In this document: positions 8,274 to 17,580 of the stretch, in pieces
Layout of the letters: each line of letters starts with the position of its first letter
How positions within the stretch are numbered: position 1 is the first letter of the stretch
Source of the DNA: a virus
Taxonomy: Duplodnaviria; Caudoviricetes
Direction: 5' to 3' (one strand)
DNA: 37,257 nucleotides
Virus record (IMG/VR): IMGVR_UViG_3300027804_000015
Location: 1-37,257 of that record
Program-made: the position numbers and the translations under genes
Notes under the pieces: model-generated
What the model was told of the DNA's origin: nothing
The model's database searches: none
The model's input: the letters and a program-made list of their open reading frames with translations, nothing else

Positions 8274-8362
8274 AAGACTGGGCCGTGGCAATCATTGCTG
8301 CGGCCTTAATGACGGCCACCATTATTTGGTGCTTTACTGTCATCATTTTGTTTTGGCCATGA
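8270..8362 (+). CDS. 30-aa hydrophobic peptide
   Basis: MKDWAVAIIAAALMTATIIWCFTVIILFWP, with ATGA overlaps on both sides; absent from the ORF track. Confidence 0.55.
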   Translation: MKDWAVAIIAAALMTATIIWCFTVIILFWP

Positions 8363-8478
8363 TCTATGCTCTGGTCCTATTGGCAGCAACCACAGAATAT
8401 CGATGCACCAGGTGGACTTGGACTGGTGATGTCTACAATCGGAAAGTTGTTTGTCTCAAATGGGAGAAGAGGAAATGA
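8359..8478 (+). CDS. 39-aa protein with a signal-like N-terminus
   Basis: MIYALVLLAATTEYRCTRWTWTGDVYNRKVVCLKWEKRK, ATGA-coupled on both sides. Confidence 0.55.
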   Translation: MIYALVLLAATTEYRCTRWTWTGDVYNRKVVCLKWEKRK

Positions 8479-8975
8479 TTGATCCGATGACGGCCCTGGC
8501 GGGGATACAAAGCGCCATCAGCATGGTCAAGAAGGCCAGCAAAGTGGCCAATGATTTAGGCTCACTTGCCCCAATGATTGGCAAGATGTTTGACGCAAAG
8601 AGTGTGGCCACAAAGGCCATGCTGCAAGCCAAACAGTCTGGCAAAGGCTCGAACATGGGAACGGCCCTCCAGATCGAGATGGCCTTGGAGCAGGCCAGAG
8701 CATTTGAGGAAGAGCTGAAAATGCTTTTCATGCAGACAGGCAAGATCGATGTCTGGAACAAGATCAAGGCCAGGCAGGCCGAGATGGACTTGGCTGATGC
8801 CAAAGAATTGAGCGCTTTAAAGAAGGCAGAAAAAGAAGCTAAAGCCAAAGAGGATGAGATGAACGAGCTGGCCATGATCATTGGCGGTGTGGCTTTTGTC
8901 TTGTTTCTGGTGTTCATTGGGGTCAATGAATTGATGACCTTTTGTGAAACAACTCGCAGATGTGGTGGCAGATGA
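8475..8975 (+). CDS. Coiled-coil protein with C-terminal TM helix
   Basis: MIDPMTALAG... after GAGGA; TM segment IIGGVAFVLFLVFIGV. Confidence 0.75.
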   Translation: MIDPMTALAGIQSAISMVKKASKVANDLGSLAPMIGKMFDAKSVATKAMLQAKQSGKGSNMGTALQIEMALEQARAFEEELKMLFMQTGKIDVWNKIKARQAEMDLADAKELSALKKAEKEAKAKEDEMNELAMIIGGVAFVLFLVFIGVNELMTFCETTRRCGGR

Positions 8976-9127
8976 ATGAGTATCAGAAGACCTTTGATAT
9001 GTGCCTCAAGATATTCGTTTACGGGTGTGTGGCGCTTTATTTCTTAGGTTTTCTGAAGTTTCTGCCTGATGACTTATCTGACAGAATTGTCAATTTACTA
9101 TTGGGCAAGGTAGGATTAGGCAAATGA
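8972..9127 (+). CDS. 51-aa membrane protein
   Basis: MNEYQKTFDMCLKIFVYGCVALYFLGFLKFLPDDLSDRIVNLLLGKVGLGK; ATGA overlaps. Confidence 0.6.
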   Translation: MNEYQKTFDMCLKIFVYGCVALYFLGFLKFLPDDLSDRIVNLLLGKVGLGK

Positions 9128-9300
9128 AAATCACGGCTTACCAGATCAACGCCAATATGCTGAGAGAGGCCCAGAGGGTGATGCATCAGCAGAATCTAAA
9201 GCAGCTGGAGATTTTGAACAGGCAGGCAGAACTGGCGCATAAGACCAAAGAGATTAAGACACAATGGGTCAAACCTAATTCTGTGGATGTATACACATGA
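9124..9300 (+). CDS. 58-aa hypothetical protein
   Basis: MKITAYQINANMLREAQRVMHQQNLKQLE...; ATGA overlaps at both ends. Confidence 0.55.
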   Translation: MKITAYQINANMLREAQRVMHQQNLKQLEILNRQAELAHKTKEIKTQWVKPNSVDVYT

Positions 9301-9494
9301 AATATCTGCTTGCAATTGCTTTGATAATGCTCACTGGCTGCGAAGAGAAATATCGCTATAAGTGCCAGAATCCTGACCAATTTCACGCGCCAGAATGCCA
9401 AAAGCCTAGATGTATGTTTACCCAGACTTGCCCTGAGTATTTAGTCGCACCTATCTTGGAGAAAAAAGTTGACGAAGTTAAACCTAACAACTGA
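9297..9494 (+). CDS. Small Cys-rich lipoprotein
   Basis: MKYLLAIALIMLTG-C lipobox plus four further Cys. Confidence 0.7.
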   Translation: MKYLLAIALIMLTGCEEKYRYKCQNPDQFHAPECQKPRCMFTQTCPEYLVAPILEKKVDEVKPNN

Positions 9495-9966
9495 AGAGAT
9501 CGAGGTCAGGGTCTGGAGCATTGTGGTGCTTGCTGTCACCCTGATTCTTTTCTTTATCGTGATTGCTCTTTTGTACTCTGTGACCTTTGTGACCCAGCCT
9601 ATCAAGAGCATGGCCCCAATTGACCAGGCTTACACCAAGATGCTGAACGATATCGTTCTATTGATTGTGGGTGGCATTGGCGGTGTGATCGGCAAACGGG
9701 CAATGACTTCTAGGCAGCAGCCACCACCCATGGGCCAGCCAATGTGCCAGCCCATGCAAGGCCAGTATGGATACAGCAACAACCACGGGTTTAATGCCAC
9801 CACCAATGGCATTCCAAATCAGCCGTTTGGCGCTATGCCCAAGTGGACCAATCCAGAACTAGACGAGTCTTGGACTCCTGGTCCACCACCAGACACGCCA
9901 CCGGACCATCTTGAGGATGACCATGAGCGCGAACAGCTGGCGCAGGCAAGAACGGAGTCAGACTAA
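9469..9966 (+). CDS. Two-TM membrane protein, holin candidate
   Basis: Two hydrophobic helices and a Pro/Gln-rich tail, directly upstream of spanins and endolysin. Confidence 0.6.
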   Translation: MTKLNLTTEEIEVRVWSIVVLAVTLILFFIVIALLYSVTFVTQPIKSMAPIDQAYTKMLNDIVLLIVGGIGGVIGKRAMTSRQQPPPMGQPMCQPMQGQYGYSNNHGFNATTNGIPNQPFGAMPKWTNPELDESWTPGPPPDTPPDHLEDDHEREQLAQARTESD

Positions 9967-10442
9967 TGTTTGGCATCCCACTACCCTATATCGCCCTGGC
10001 AATTGGCATTGCCTTGTTTGGCTCTTACCGAGGTGGCTATCACTTTGGCTGGGAAGACAGGGACAATGACATGAAGATTGCCATTGCCAAAAAGAATGAT
10101 GAAGCCAGAGCCAAAGAGAAAGAGCTTGGCGAGAAACTGCAAGATCAGGAAACGAAACTCAGAAAGGCCCAAGATGATGTCAAGAAAAAACAGTCTGCTA
10201 TGCATGAGCTTGCTCGGACTGGTCGGCTGCGCCTCCCAGCCCCAAGTTGTCCACAAGCCAATGCAAGTGCCAGCGCTACCACTGGAGATACACAACCCAG
10301 CCAGCCCGATGCAAGCGAATCTGAGCGACAGACTATTGCAGCTCTTATCGACATCGCAGCCGAAGGAGACAAGGCCATCACCAAGCTCAACGCCTGCGCC
10401 AGCGCCTACGAAGAAGTAAGGAGACTTGTCAATGGTCAATAG
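9966..10442 (+). CDS. Rz: Rz-like inner-membrane spanin
   Basis: N-terminal TM, coiled coil, GRLRL motif, C-terminal LNAC...Y. Confidence 0.8.
   Translation: MFGIPLPYIALAIGIALFGSYRGGYHFGWEDRDNDMKIAIAKKNDEARAKEKELGEKLQDQETKLRKAQDDVKKKQSAMHELARTGRLRLPAPSCPQANASASATTGDTQPSQPDASESERQTIAALIDIAAEGDKAITKLNACASAYEEVRRLVNGQ
10174..10419 (+). CDS. Rz1: Rz1-like outer-membrane lipoprotein spanin nested in Rz (+1 frame)
   Basis: MMSRKNSLLCMSLLGLVG-C lipobox then a Pro-rich chain; AGAAAGG upstream; fully embedded in Rz. Confidence 0.8.
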   Translation: MMSRKNSLLCMSLLGLVGCASQPQVVHKPMQVPALPLEIHNPASPMQANLSDRLLQLLSTSQPKETRPSPSSTPAPAPTKK

Positions 10443-11025
10443 TCAGCAGCTCCAGCAACTGCACATTGGTCCAGAGTGGGTCGATGCGCTTAACGAGACT
10501 TTCCAGCGCTTTGACATTTCAACGCCACTGAGACAGGCCGCCTTTATTGGCCAGTGTGGCCATGAGTGTGGCAACTTCAAGGTGCTGCAAGAAAACTTGA
10601 ATTACAGGGCAGAGGCATTGCAAAAGCTATGGCCCAAGCGTTTTGACGCTGCCAAGGCCCAAGCCTGCGCCAGAAATCCAAAGCTCATTGCCACAGTCGT
10701 TTATTCAAACCGGATGGGCAACCGAGATGAGGCAAGTGGGGATGCCTGGCGGTTTATTGGCCGAGGATGCATCCAGCTGACTGGATCGAGCAATTATTTC
10801 CATGCTGGAAAAGCGCTTGGCGTGGACCTGATCATGCAGCCAGAACTGGTGGCCACGCCACAGTATGCTGCGCTCACTGCTGGGTGGTTTTGGGACACCC
10901 ACAAGCTCAACCAGTATGCGGATGCCCAAGACTACAAGACCATGACCAAAAAGATCAATGGCGGCTTTATTGGCCTCGATGATCGGATCAAACACATCAA
11001 CCATGCACTGTCTGTCCTGACATAA
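10432..11025 (+). CDS. Endolysin, glycoside hydrolase family 19 (chitinase-like)
   Basis: AAFIGQCGHECG...ENLNY, GRGCIQLTG..NY, TKKINGG..GLDDR motifs; AGGAG RBS. Confidence 0.9.
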   Translation: MVNSQQLQQLHIGPEWVDALNETFQRFDISTPLRQAAFIGQCGHECGNFKVLQENLNYRAEALQKLWPKRFDAAKAQACARNPKLIATVVYSNRMGNRDEASGDAWRFIGRGCIQLTGSSNYFHAGKALGVDLIMQPELVATPQYAALTAGWFWDTHKLNQYADAQDYKTMTKKINGGFIGLDDRIKHINHALSVLT

Positions 11026-11031
11026 TTAGCC

Positions 11032-11682
11032 ATGGCCAGCCAAACACAACAACTTGAAAATCCTGCACCACCGACCCTTGGTTATCCGACCGAGGTGTAT
11101 GAGCGCAGGCATTTCAATGAGAACAATGGCTCTTTGACCATTTACTTCAAAAAGCTGGCCAGTGTGCTGGGTTCTTTGTTTGGACCAAGAGGCGGTCGGT
11201 TTATGAATAACCCCTATGGGGCTTTTCAAGACTCGACCGACCAAGTGGCTGCCAACACCACCACGGCCTATGCGGTCACATTCAACACCACAGACTTTAG
11301 CAATGGCGTGACTATTGCCAGTGGGTCGAGAATCACTGTGGCCGATGCCGGAATCTGGAACTTGCAGTTTTCCATTCAGTTTAAGAACACCACAAATGAT
11401 GGTCAAGATGTGGATATTTGGTTTCGTAAAAATGGAACAAATATCGCAAACTCAAACAGTAGATTTCACCCTCCTCCAAGAAAAAGCTCTGGTGACCCAA
11501 GCCATATCATTGCTGCATTAAACTTTTTTGTAAGTATGAATTCAAACGATTACATTGAAATTATGTGGAGAACTGAAAATACTGGTGTAAGCATTGAGCA
11601 TTTCGACACCAGCACAAGCCCCACAAGGCCAGCAGTCCCATCGGCCATTGTCACAATGAGCTTTGTCTCAAACATTACCTAA
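11032..11682 (+). CDS. Tail-associated protein with a beta-rich C-terminal domain
   Basis: ORF upstream of the nozzle gene; AGIWNLQFSIQF...DIWFRKNG pattern. Confidence 0.6.
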   Translation: MASQTQQLENPAPPTLGYPTEVYERRHFNENNGSLTIYFKKLASVLGSLFGPRGGRFMNNPYGAFQDSTDQVAANTTTAYAVTFNTTDFSNGVTIASGSRITVADAGIWNLQFSIQFKNTTNDGQDVDIWFRKNGTNIANSNSRFHPPPRKSSGDPSHIIAALNFFVSMNSNDYIEIMWRTENTGVSIEHFDTSTSPTRPAVPSAIVTMSFVSNIT

Positions 11683-11690
11683 ATACTGCC

Positions 11691-13169
11691 ATGTACATAC
11701 CTTTAAAGCTACCCCCAGGTGTTTTCCGAAATGGTACTGAATACCAGGCAGCAGGCCGCTGGTATGACGCAAACCTAGTGCGCTGGTATGAGGGGACACT
11801 CAGGCCCATCAATGGATGGCGTACCAGGTCAAGCTCACAGATGACTGGCTCATGCCGAGGCATCATCACTTGGCGCGATAACAGCGGCAACCGATACATT
11901 GGCGCTGGAACACACTCCAAGCTCTACGCCATGAATGAGGCGGGGACACTCAAAGACATTACGCCAACGGGCTTCACCAGTGGCTACGCAAGCTCCACAA
12001 CCCTAACAGGCTATGGATACAGCACCTATGGCACGTTTGCCTATGGTGTGGCACGGCCAGACACTGGCACACCCATCCCTGCCACCACTTGGTCACTCGA
12101 TACATGGGGCGAGTATTTGATTGCTTGCTCTAGCACTGATGGCAAGCTCTATGAGTGGCAATTAGGGTTTGCAACACCTACACTGGCCGCAGCCATTACC
12201 AATGCACCAGTTAACAACAAGGCGGTTTTGGTCACGCAAGAGCGCATTATCTTTGCCCTTGGAGCTGGTGGAAACCCACGCAAGGTGCAGTGGTGCGACC
12301 AAGAAAACAATACCCTTTGGACACCAGCAGGCGACAACCTTGCAGGCGACTATGACTTGGCAAGCCCTGGCACATTGATCGCTGGCAAGCGGGTCAAGGG
12401 TGTTAATCTACTGTTTACAGATGTGGATGTCCACACGGCCCAGTATGTTGGCGCTCCATTTGTCTATGGCTTTGAGAAGGCTGGCTCTGGCTGCGGTCTC
12501 ATTTCGGCCCAAGCGGTGGCGGCCATTGATACGGCAGCCATTTGGATGTCACGCGCAGGCTTTTGGATTTATGACGGCTATGTCAAGCCACTACCAAGTG
12601 ATGTGTCAGATTACATATTTGACAATATCAACTATGCCCAAGCCTCCAAAATCTATGCGGTCCATGTCAGCAAGTTTGGTGAGATTTGGTGGTATTACCC
12701 AAGCGCATCGAGTAATGAGAATGACAGTTATGTCACTTTCAACTACCGCGAAAACCATTGGAACATAGGCACATTGGCCAGAACTGCTGGGGTCGATGCC
12801 GGAGTGTTTACCTATCCTTTGATGGTTTCAAGTGATGGGTATATCTACGAGCATGAGGTCGGTTTTAACTATGACAGCGCCAGCCTTTACGCTGAATCTG
12901 GCCCAGTTCAATTGGGCAATGGCGACAACATCATGTCGGTGCGCCAAGTTGTGCCAGACGAGCAGACATTGGGTGAGGCGGTGGTCTCATTCAAAACCCG
13001 AAATTACCCGACTGGCACTCAATCTTCATTTGGACCATACACGGCAGCCAACCCAACTTCTGTCAGGTTTTCTGGCCGCCAAGTCAATATGAGGGTCACT
13101 GGCAACACTTTGGCCGACTGGCGTGTTGGGGTGATGAGGCTTGATGCTGTCCCAGCTGGTAAGCGATGA
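11691..13169 (+). CDS. Tail nozzle / DNA stabilisation protein (P22 gp10 or T7 gp12 analogue)
   Basis: 492 aa, Trp/Gly-rich beta-propeller-like sequence, placed before the GNAT-like and ejection genes. Confidence 0.65.
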   Translation: MYIPLKLPPGVFRNGTEYQAAGRWYDANLVRWYEGTLRPINGWRTRSSSQMTGSCRGIITWRDNSGNRYIGAGTHSKLYAMNEAGTLKDITPTGFTSGYASSTTLTGYGYSTYGTFAYGVARPDTGTPIPATTWSLDTWGEYLIACSSTDGKLYEWQLGFATPTLAAAITNAPVNNKAVLVTQERIIFALGAGGNPRKVQWCDQENNTLWTPAGDNLAGDYDLASPGTLIAGKRVKGVNLLFTDVDVHTAQYVGAPFVYGFEKAGSGCGLISAQAVAAIDTAAIWMSRAGFWIYDGYVKPLPSDVSDYIFDNINYAQASKIYAVHVSKFGEIWWYYPSASSNENDSYVTFNYRENHWNIGTLARTAGVDAGVFTYPLMVSSDGYIYEHEVGFNYDSASLYAESGPVQLGNGDNIMSVRQVVPDEQTLGEAVVSFKTRNYPTGTQSSFGPYTAANPTSVRFSGRQVNMRVTGNTLADWRVGVMRLDAVPAGKR

Positions 13170-13534
13170 GTGACCAAGAACAACTGGAAAGACTGCGCCA
13201 CCATGTGGAGGCTGCTTTAGAATACAGTGGAGGCACACATAATTTTGACGATGTCGCTGAGATGGTTGAGGATCACAGATTGCAATTGTGGCCAGCCAAA
13301 GACTCGGTGGTGTTGACAGAGATCATTGTCTATCCCAGGCTCAAGAATTTGCATTATTTTCTGGCTGGTGGCGACCTAGATGAACTCTCAAGGATGAGAC
13401 CATTGATCGAATCCTGGGGCAAGTCTATTGGCTGCACCAGGGTGACTTTGGCAGGCCGAAGAGGCTGGTCAGAGACATTTTTGAAAGACGAAGGGTACAA
13501 ACCGAAATGGGCTGTACTTGCAAAGGAACTTTAG
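13166..13534 (+). CDS. GNAT-like small protein (T7 gp13 position)
   Basis: LHYFLAGGDL...GCTRVTLAGRRGW...GY; lies between nozzle and internal proteins. Confidence 0.55.
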   Translation: MSDQEQLERLRHHVEAALEYSGGTHNFDDVAEMVEDHRLQLWPAKDSVVLTEIIVYPRLKNLHYFLAGGDLDELSRMRPLIESWGKSIGCTRVTLAGRRGWSETFLKDEGYKPKWAVLAKEL

Positions 13535-13543
13535 GGGATAAAT

Positions 13544-14764
13544 ATGGCCACAAATACTGAACAATTTTTAGCGTATTTGCAGACTCCTGGTCTGACAGAT
13601 GCGCAAATTGCTGGCGAAGCAAATCGACTAAGTGTCACTGCGCCTCAGATTTCGCAGCTCACTGGTGTTCCACTTGATCTTGTTCAGTCTAGGCTGGCTT
13701 CACCTACCAATACAGTTGGTGGAACTGCTGTCGGTGGAACTGCTGGCGGTGGCGGTGGTGCAACAACCCCAACATTTGGCACAACTCAAGAGACAGCGCT
13801 CTATAACTTCTTGCAAACGCCTGGTCTAAGCGACAAGCAAATTGCTGCTGAAGTTAATCGTCTTGGACTGAAATCTGATCAAATCTCCAAAATGACTGGC
13901 GTGCCAGTGGACTTGGTCAACTCCAGATTAAATCTTGTTTCAACGCAAACGGCAGCTGACACTAAAGCGGCTGCGGATGCCAAAGCATTGGCTGATGCAC
14001 AAGCCGCTTTGGCTGCGGCCAATGCAGAAGCGGCAAGACTGGCTAATTTAAATAAAACAACAACAGGAAACCAAGCCAACTTTGCGACATTCACAAACTG
14101 GCTCAAGTCCACGCCAGGCTTAACTAACACGCAAATTGCGGCTGAGATGAATCGTCTTGGAATCAATGCTGGTCAAGTGGCTGGTCTGACTGGCATTGCA
14201 GAAAGTGAAGTCCAAAATCGATTCAATGCAGTCGCACCATTTTCAAATGCGACACAAGGCTTTGCCCAGAACTTCAACAATTACACATCGATCCCAATTG
14301 GCGCTCAATACAATCCATTTGCAGTGGGTGGCACTGGCTCACCCTATGGCCAGATCATGGGCCAGATGAGACCAGTGGGCAATCCTTACGAAAATGTGGT
14401 CGGCAACTTGCCAATGGGTGGCTATAACCCTGGTCTCTATGACCAGATCGCAGCCACCAATGCGGCCAAAGCTGCTGCTGCTGCGGCTGCCACTGGCAAT
14501 ACTGTTATTGAAAGCGGTGGTGATGGACCTAGTGGCCCTGATGGTGGTGTTGGTGAAAGTGTCAGTGGCACTTATAACAAAGGCGGCATGGTCGATGGTT
14601 TGTTTGGCATGAATCCACCTGGTCCAGATGATGGCGCTGGATACCTAGATCGCGGTGAGTATGTGATCAAGAAATCTTCAGTCAACAAGTATGGCCGTGG
14701 ACTCTTGGATATGATCAATGAAGGCAAAATGCCTGCCAAGAAAATGAAGTCTTTACTCGGATAA
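13544..14764 (+). CDS. Probable internal virion protein with three ~45-aa repeats
   Basis: Repeat TPGL(T/S)xxQIAxExNRL...TG(V/I)...VxxR; C-terminal GPDD...GEYVI...V.KYG motif. Confidence 0.7.
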   Translation: MATNTEQFLAYLQTPGLTDAQIAGEANRLSVTAPQISQLTGVPLDLVQSRLASPTNTVGGTAVGGTAGGGGGATTPTFGTTQETALYNFLQTPGLSDKQIAAEVNRLGLKSDQISKMTGVPVDLVNSRLNLVSTQTAADTKAAADAKALADAQAALAAANAEAARLANLNKTTTGNQANFATFTNWLKSTPGLTNTQIAAEMNRLGINAGQVAGLTGIAESEVQNRFNAVAPFSNATQGFAQNFNNYTSIPIGAQYNPFAVGGTGSPYGQIMGQMRPVGNPYENVVGNLPMGGYNPGLYDQIAATNAAKAAAAAAATGNTVIESGGDGPSGPDGGVGESVSGTYNKGGMVDGLFGMNPPGPDDGAGYLDRGEYVIKKSSVNKYGRGLLDMINEGKMPAKKMKSLLG

Positions 14765-14773
14765 GGTGGCAAT

Positions 14774-15727
14774 ATGTCAAAAGGTGGAACAACAACCTCA
14801 ACAAGCTCCATTGATCCACAGATCAAAGAAGCATTCTTGGCCAACTTTCAGCAGGCCCAAGGGGTCGCTGGTGCATTGCCGACTCAGCAGTTTGCTGGGT
14901 ATAACCCGATGTACCAGGCAGGCGAGGAAGCTCTGGTCAACGCTGGCCTTGCTGGCCCAGGCATTGCCGGAACTGACCTTGCAGCGCAAATGGCGGCTTA
15001 TGGCGGTGTCTATCAGCCTGGTCAGATTACAGCGCAGCAGACCAACTTGAGCATGGGCCAAGGACCAGGCTCAATTGGCTCATACATGAATCCATACACA
15101 AGCATGGTGCGTGAAAACGCATTGGGCGATTTGGAATCTGCAAGACGCGCTGCTATTCAGCAAACTGGTGAGCGCGCAACGGCTGCCCGTGCATTTGGTG
15201 GATCACGCCAAGGTGTGGCCGAGGCTTTGACAAACCAAGGGTTTGCCAAGCAGGCCGCCACACTTGGCACAACATTAAACGAGCAGGCATTCAATCAGGC
15301 CATGGCTATGCAGCAGGCCGACATTGCCCGAAGATCAGCAGCCGACATTGCCAATCAGCAAGCAGGATTGCAAGGTGCGCAATTGCGTACTGGTGCGGCT
15401 GGCACTCTTGGCAGTCTTGCTGCACAACAACAAGCATTGCGTCTTGGTGGCGCTCAAGCGGTCATGGGCGCTGGTGGTGCGCGTCAGGCTCTGGACCAGC
15501 AACAAATGGATGCAATCCGAAATATTGGTTTGCAGCGTTTGGGTGTGGTCCAGTCTTCACTTGGTGCGCAGCCTGCCAATCTTGGCATGGTGGCAACAAC
15601 TCCATACAGCCAGAATGTCGGTGCTGGCCTATTAGGCGGTGCATTGGCTGGCTCTCAATTGGCTGGCGCTGCCGGTCTGACAGCTGGCACTGGCGCTGGA
15701 CTTGGTGCATTGGCTGCTTTGATCTAA
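14774..15727 (+). CDS. DNA ejection/pilot protein
   Basis: Gln/Ala/Gly-rich; YMNPY and AFGGSRQGV motifs; hydrophobic Gly-rich C-terminus. Confidence 0.7.
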   Translation: MSKGGTTTSTSSIDPQIKEAFLANFQQAQGVAGALPTQQFAGYNPMYQAGEEALVNAGLAGPGIAGTDLAAQMAAYGGVYQPGQITAQQTNLSMGQGPGSIGSYMNPYTSMVRENALGDLESARRAAIQQTGERATAARAFGGSRQGVAEALTNQGFAKQAATLGTTLNEQAFNQAMAMQQADIARRSAADIANQQAGLQGAQLRTGAAGTLGSLAAQQQALRLGGAQAVMGAGGARQALDQQQMDAIRNIGLQRLGVVQSSLGAQPANLGMVATTPYSQNVGAGLLGGALAGSQLAGAAGLTAGTGAGLGALAALI

Positions 15728-15728
15728 C

Positions 15729-16178
15729 ATGAGACAAAACCCAACTCCAGAGCCACAACGCTACGCTGATGCGCAGCTCATGGCTTTGCTTGATCCATCA
15801 AGCAAGCGTGACACCATCTTGATCACGCCTGGATCACCGATGCCCTCTCGCATCCCTGATGGGTTGACAGTGGCTGAGACAAGCCGAGGCATTGTGATCA
15901 CCAGTGATCCAGCAAAAGTCAGGATCATTGACCAAGGGTCTGAGAAGGATGTGGGCATGGCGCTGTTTGGCTATGCATACGATCAGGCCAAAGGCTTTGA
16001 CAATGTGGCGGTGGCCATGGATAGAGCTGGGACTCCGGTGGCAGAACTGGCCATCAAGCCTGGTCAAGAAAGACGGGCCATGCGTGCGGCATCTTTGCTT
16101 GCACCAGATACAGGATCAACTAACATGATGAGCAGAGGCGATGTGGTCAATACTCGCCTCAGAGGTTTATTGGATTAA
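15729..16178 (+). CDS. Hypothetical protein in the ejection module
   Basis: 149-aa ORF packed tightly between ejection genes. Confidence 0.65.
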   Translation: MRQNPTPEPQRYADAQLMALLDPSSKRDTILITPGSPMPSRIPDGLTVAETSRGIVITSDPAKVRIIDQGSEKDVGMALFGYAYDQAKGFDNVAVAMDRAGTPVAELAIKPGQERRAMRAASLLAPDTGSTNMMSRGDVVNTRLRGLLD

Positions 16179-16187
16179 GGTGGAAAT

Positions 16188-17579
16188 ATGGCTATTCAAT
16201 TTGATTTTGCAAGTTTAGGCAATTTGTTTGGTGGGATGCCTGGTGCAACACCAACGGGCCTTGATGCATTGCTGACAGAAGATCAGCGCAAACTGCTTGG
16301 CCGTAATGCTGCACTGTCAGCAGCCGGTGCATTGCTCCAAGCCAGTGGCCGAAGCGCAGTCCCAATCAGCATGGGCCAAGCACTTGGATCAGCTTTGCAG
16401 GCAGGCCAGCAAGGTTATCAGCAGGCTAGAGCTGGCTCACTGCAAGATTTGTTGATTGGTCAAAAATTGACTGAGGCTAAAGGCGCTCAAGAATTGAAAA
16501 CCCAATTGGCTGGCATATTTACCAAACCGACAACTGCATTGAGTCCAGAGCAGCAGGCTTTGGCCGCACCAGGTATGCAAGTTGGCCCAACCATGGCCCG
16601 TGCTGAACTGGCTGCAAACATTCAGCCGCCAAGCGATGCCGAGATTAAAGCGGCTCAATATCAACGGGCGGCAGACCTTTTGGCATCAGCCGGCAAGGGT
16701 GAAGATGCCAAACGCTATCAGGACATGGCCAGAGACTTAAACCCACGGGCTAAAGTTGTTGGCCAGCCATTTGAGGTGACTGACGCTACTGGCAAGCCCA
16801 TTATGGTCCAGCAGTTTGAGTCTGGCGATATCAAGACCATGCAAGGCTTTGGTCCAAAACGCGATGTCGTTTTGCAGAATCTTGGTGGCCAGACTGTGGC
16901 CGTCAACAAGTCTTCACTAAAAGGTGGCGAGACATTTGCCCAGACAATGACACCAAGTGAGATTGCCAACTTGAAAGTGGCTCAAGGCAATTTGGCCGTG
17001 GCCCAAGGTGGTCTTGGTTTGCGTCAGCAAGAATTTGCCCGTAGTGCGTTTGACCGAGTTGACACCCCAGAAGGATTTTTTAATGTGCCTAAAGGCGGTG
17101 GTGTGGCCGTGCCAGTCATGGGACCAAGCGGTCAACTTAAAGGCGCAAGCGGAGCGCCAACCGAGGGTCAGTCAAACGCTGCTGGCTTTGCCCAGCGCAT
17201 GGAGTTGGCTCAAAGCATTTTTGAAAAACTACCGGCTGGATCGCAGCCAGGAATGGGTACTCGAGTGGCCGAGGCCGTGCCATTTGTTGGTGGCGCTTTA
17301 GCGCGAGGTGTGGTTCAAAGCGCAGACACTCAGATGTATGACCAGGCTGCGCAAGATTGGATTCGCGCCAAGCTGCGCAAAGAGTCTGGTGCTGCCATTG
17401 GTGCAGATGAGGCACGACAAGAATATGCCACCTACTTCCCAATGGTGGGTGATACACCCGAAAAGATTGCGCAAAAAGCAGAAGCTAGGCGCGTAGTTAC
17501 ATTGGGGATGAAAAATGCCGCAGGCAAGGCATACACTCCTTACACACCAATGAACAGAGTTGTGACTGTGGATTACTAA
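16188..17579 (+). CDS. Probable DNA ejection protein
   Basis: 463 aa, Ala/Gln/Gly-rich; AAGGTGG RBS; LRKESGAAIG motif. Confidence 0.7.
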   Translation: MAIQFDFASLGNLFGGMPGATPTGLDALLTEDQRKLLGRNAALSAAGALLQASGRSAVPISMGQALGSALQAGQQGYQQARAGSLQDLLIGQKLTEAKGAQELKTQLAGIFTKPTTALSPEQQALAAPGMQVGPTMARAELAANIQPPSDAEIKAAQYQRAADLLASAGKGEDAKRYQDMARDLNPRAKVVGQPFEVTDATGKPIMVQQFESGDIKTMQGFGPKRDVVLQNLGGQTVAVNKSSLKGGETFAQTMTPSEIANLKVAQGNLAVAQGGLGLRQQEFARSAFDRVDTPEGFFNVPKGGGVAVPVMGPSGQLKGASGAPTEGQSNAAGFAQRMELAQSIFEKLPAGSQPGMGTRVAEAVPFVGGALARGVVQSADTQMYDQAAQDWIRAKLRKESGAAIGADEARQEYATYFPMVGDTPEKIAQKAEARRVVTLGMKNAAGKAYTPYTPMNRVVTVDY

Positions 17580-17580
17580 T

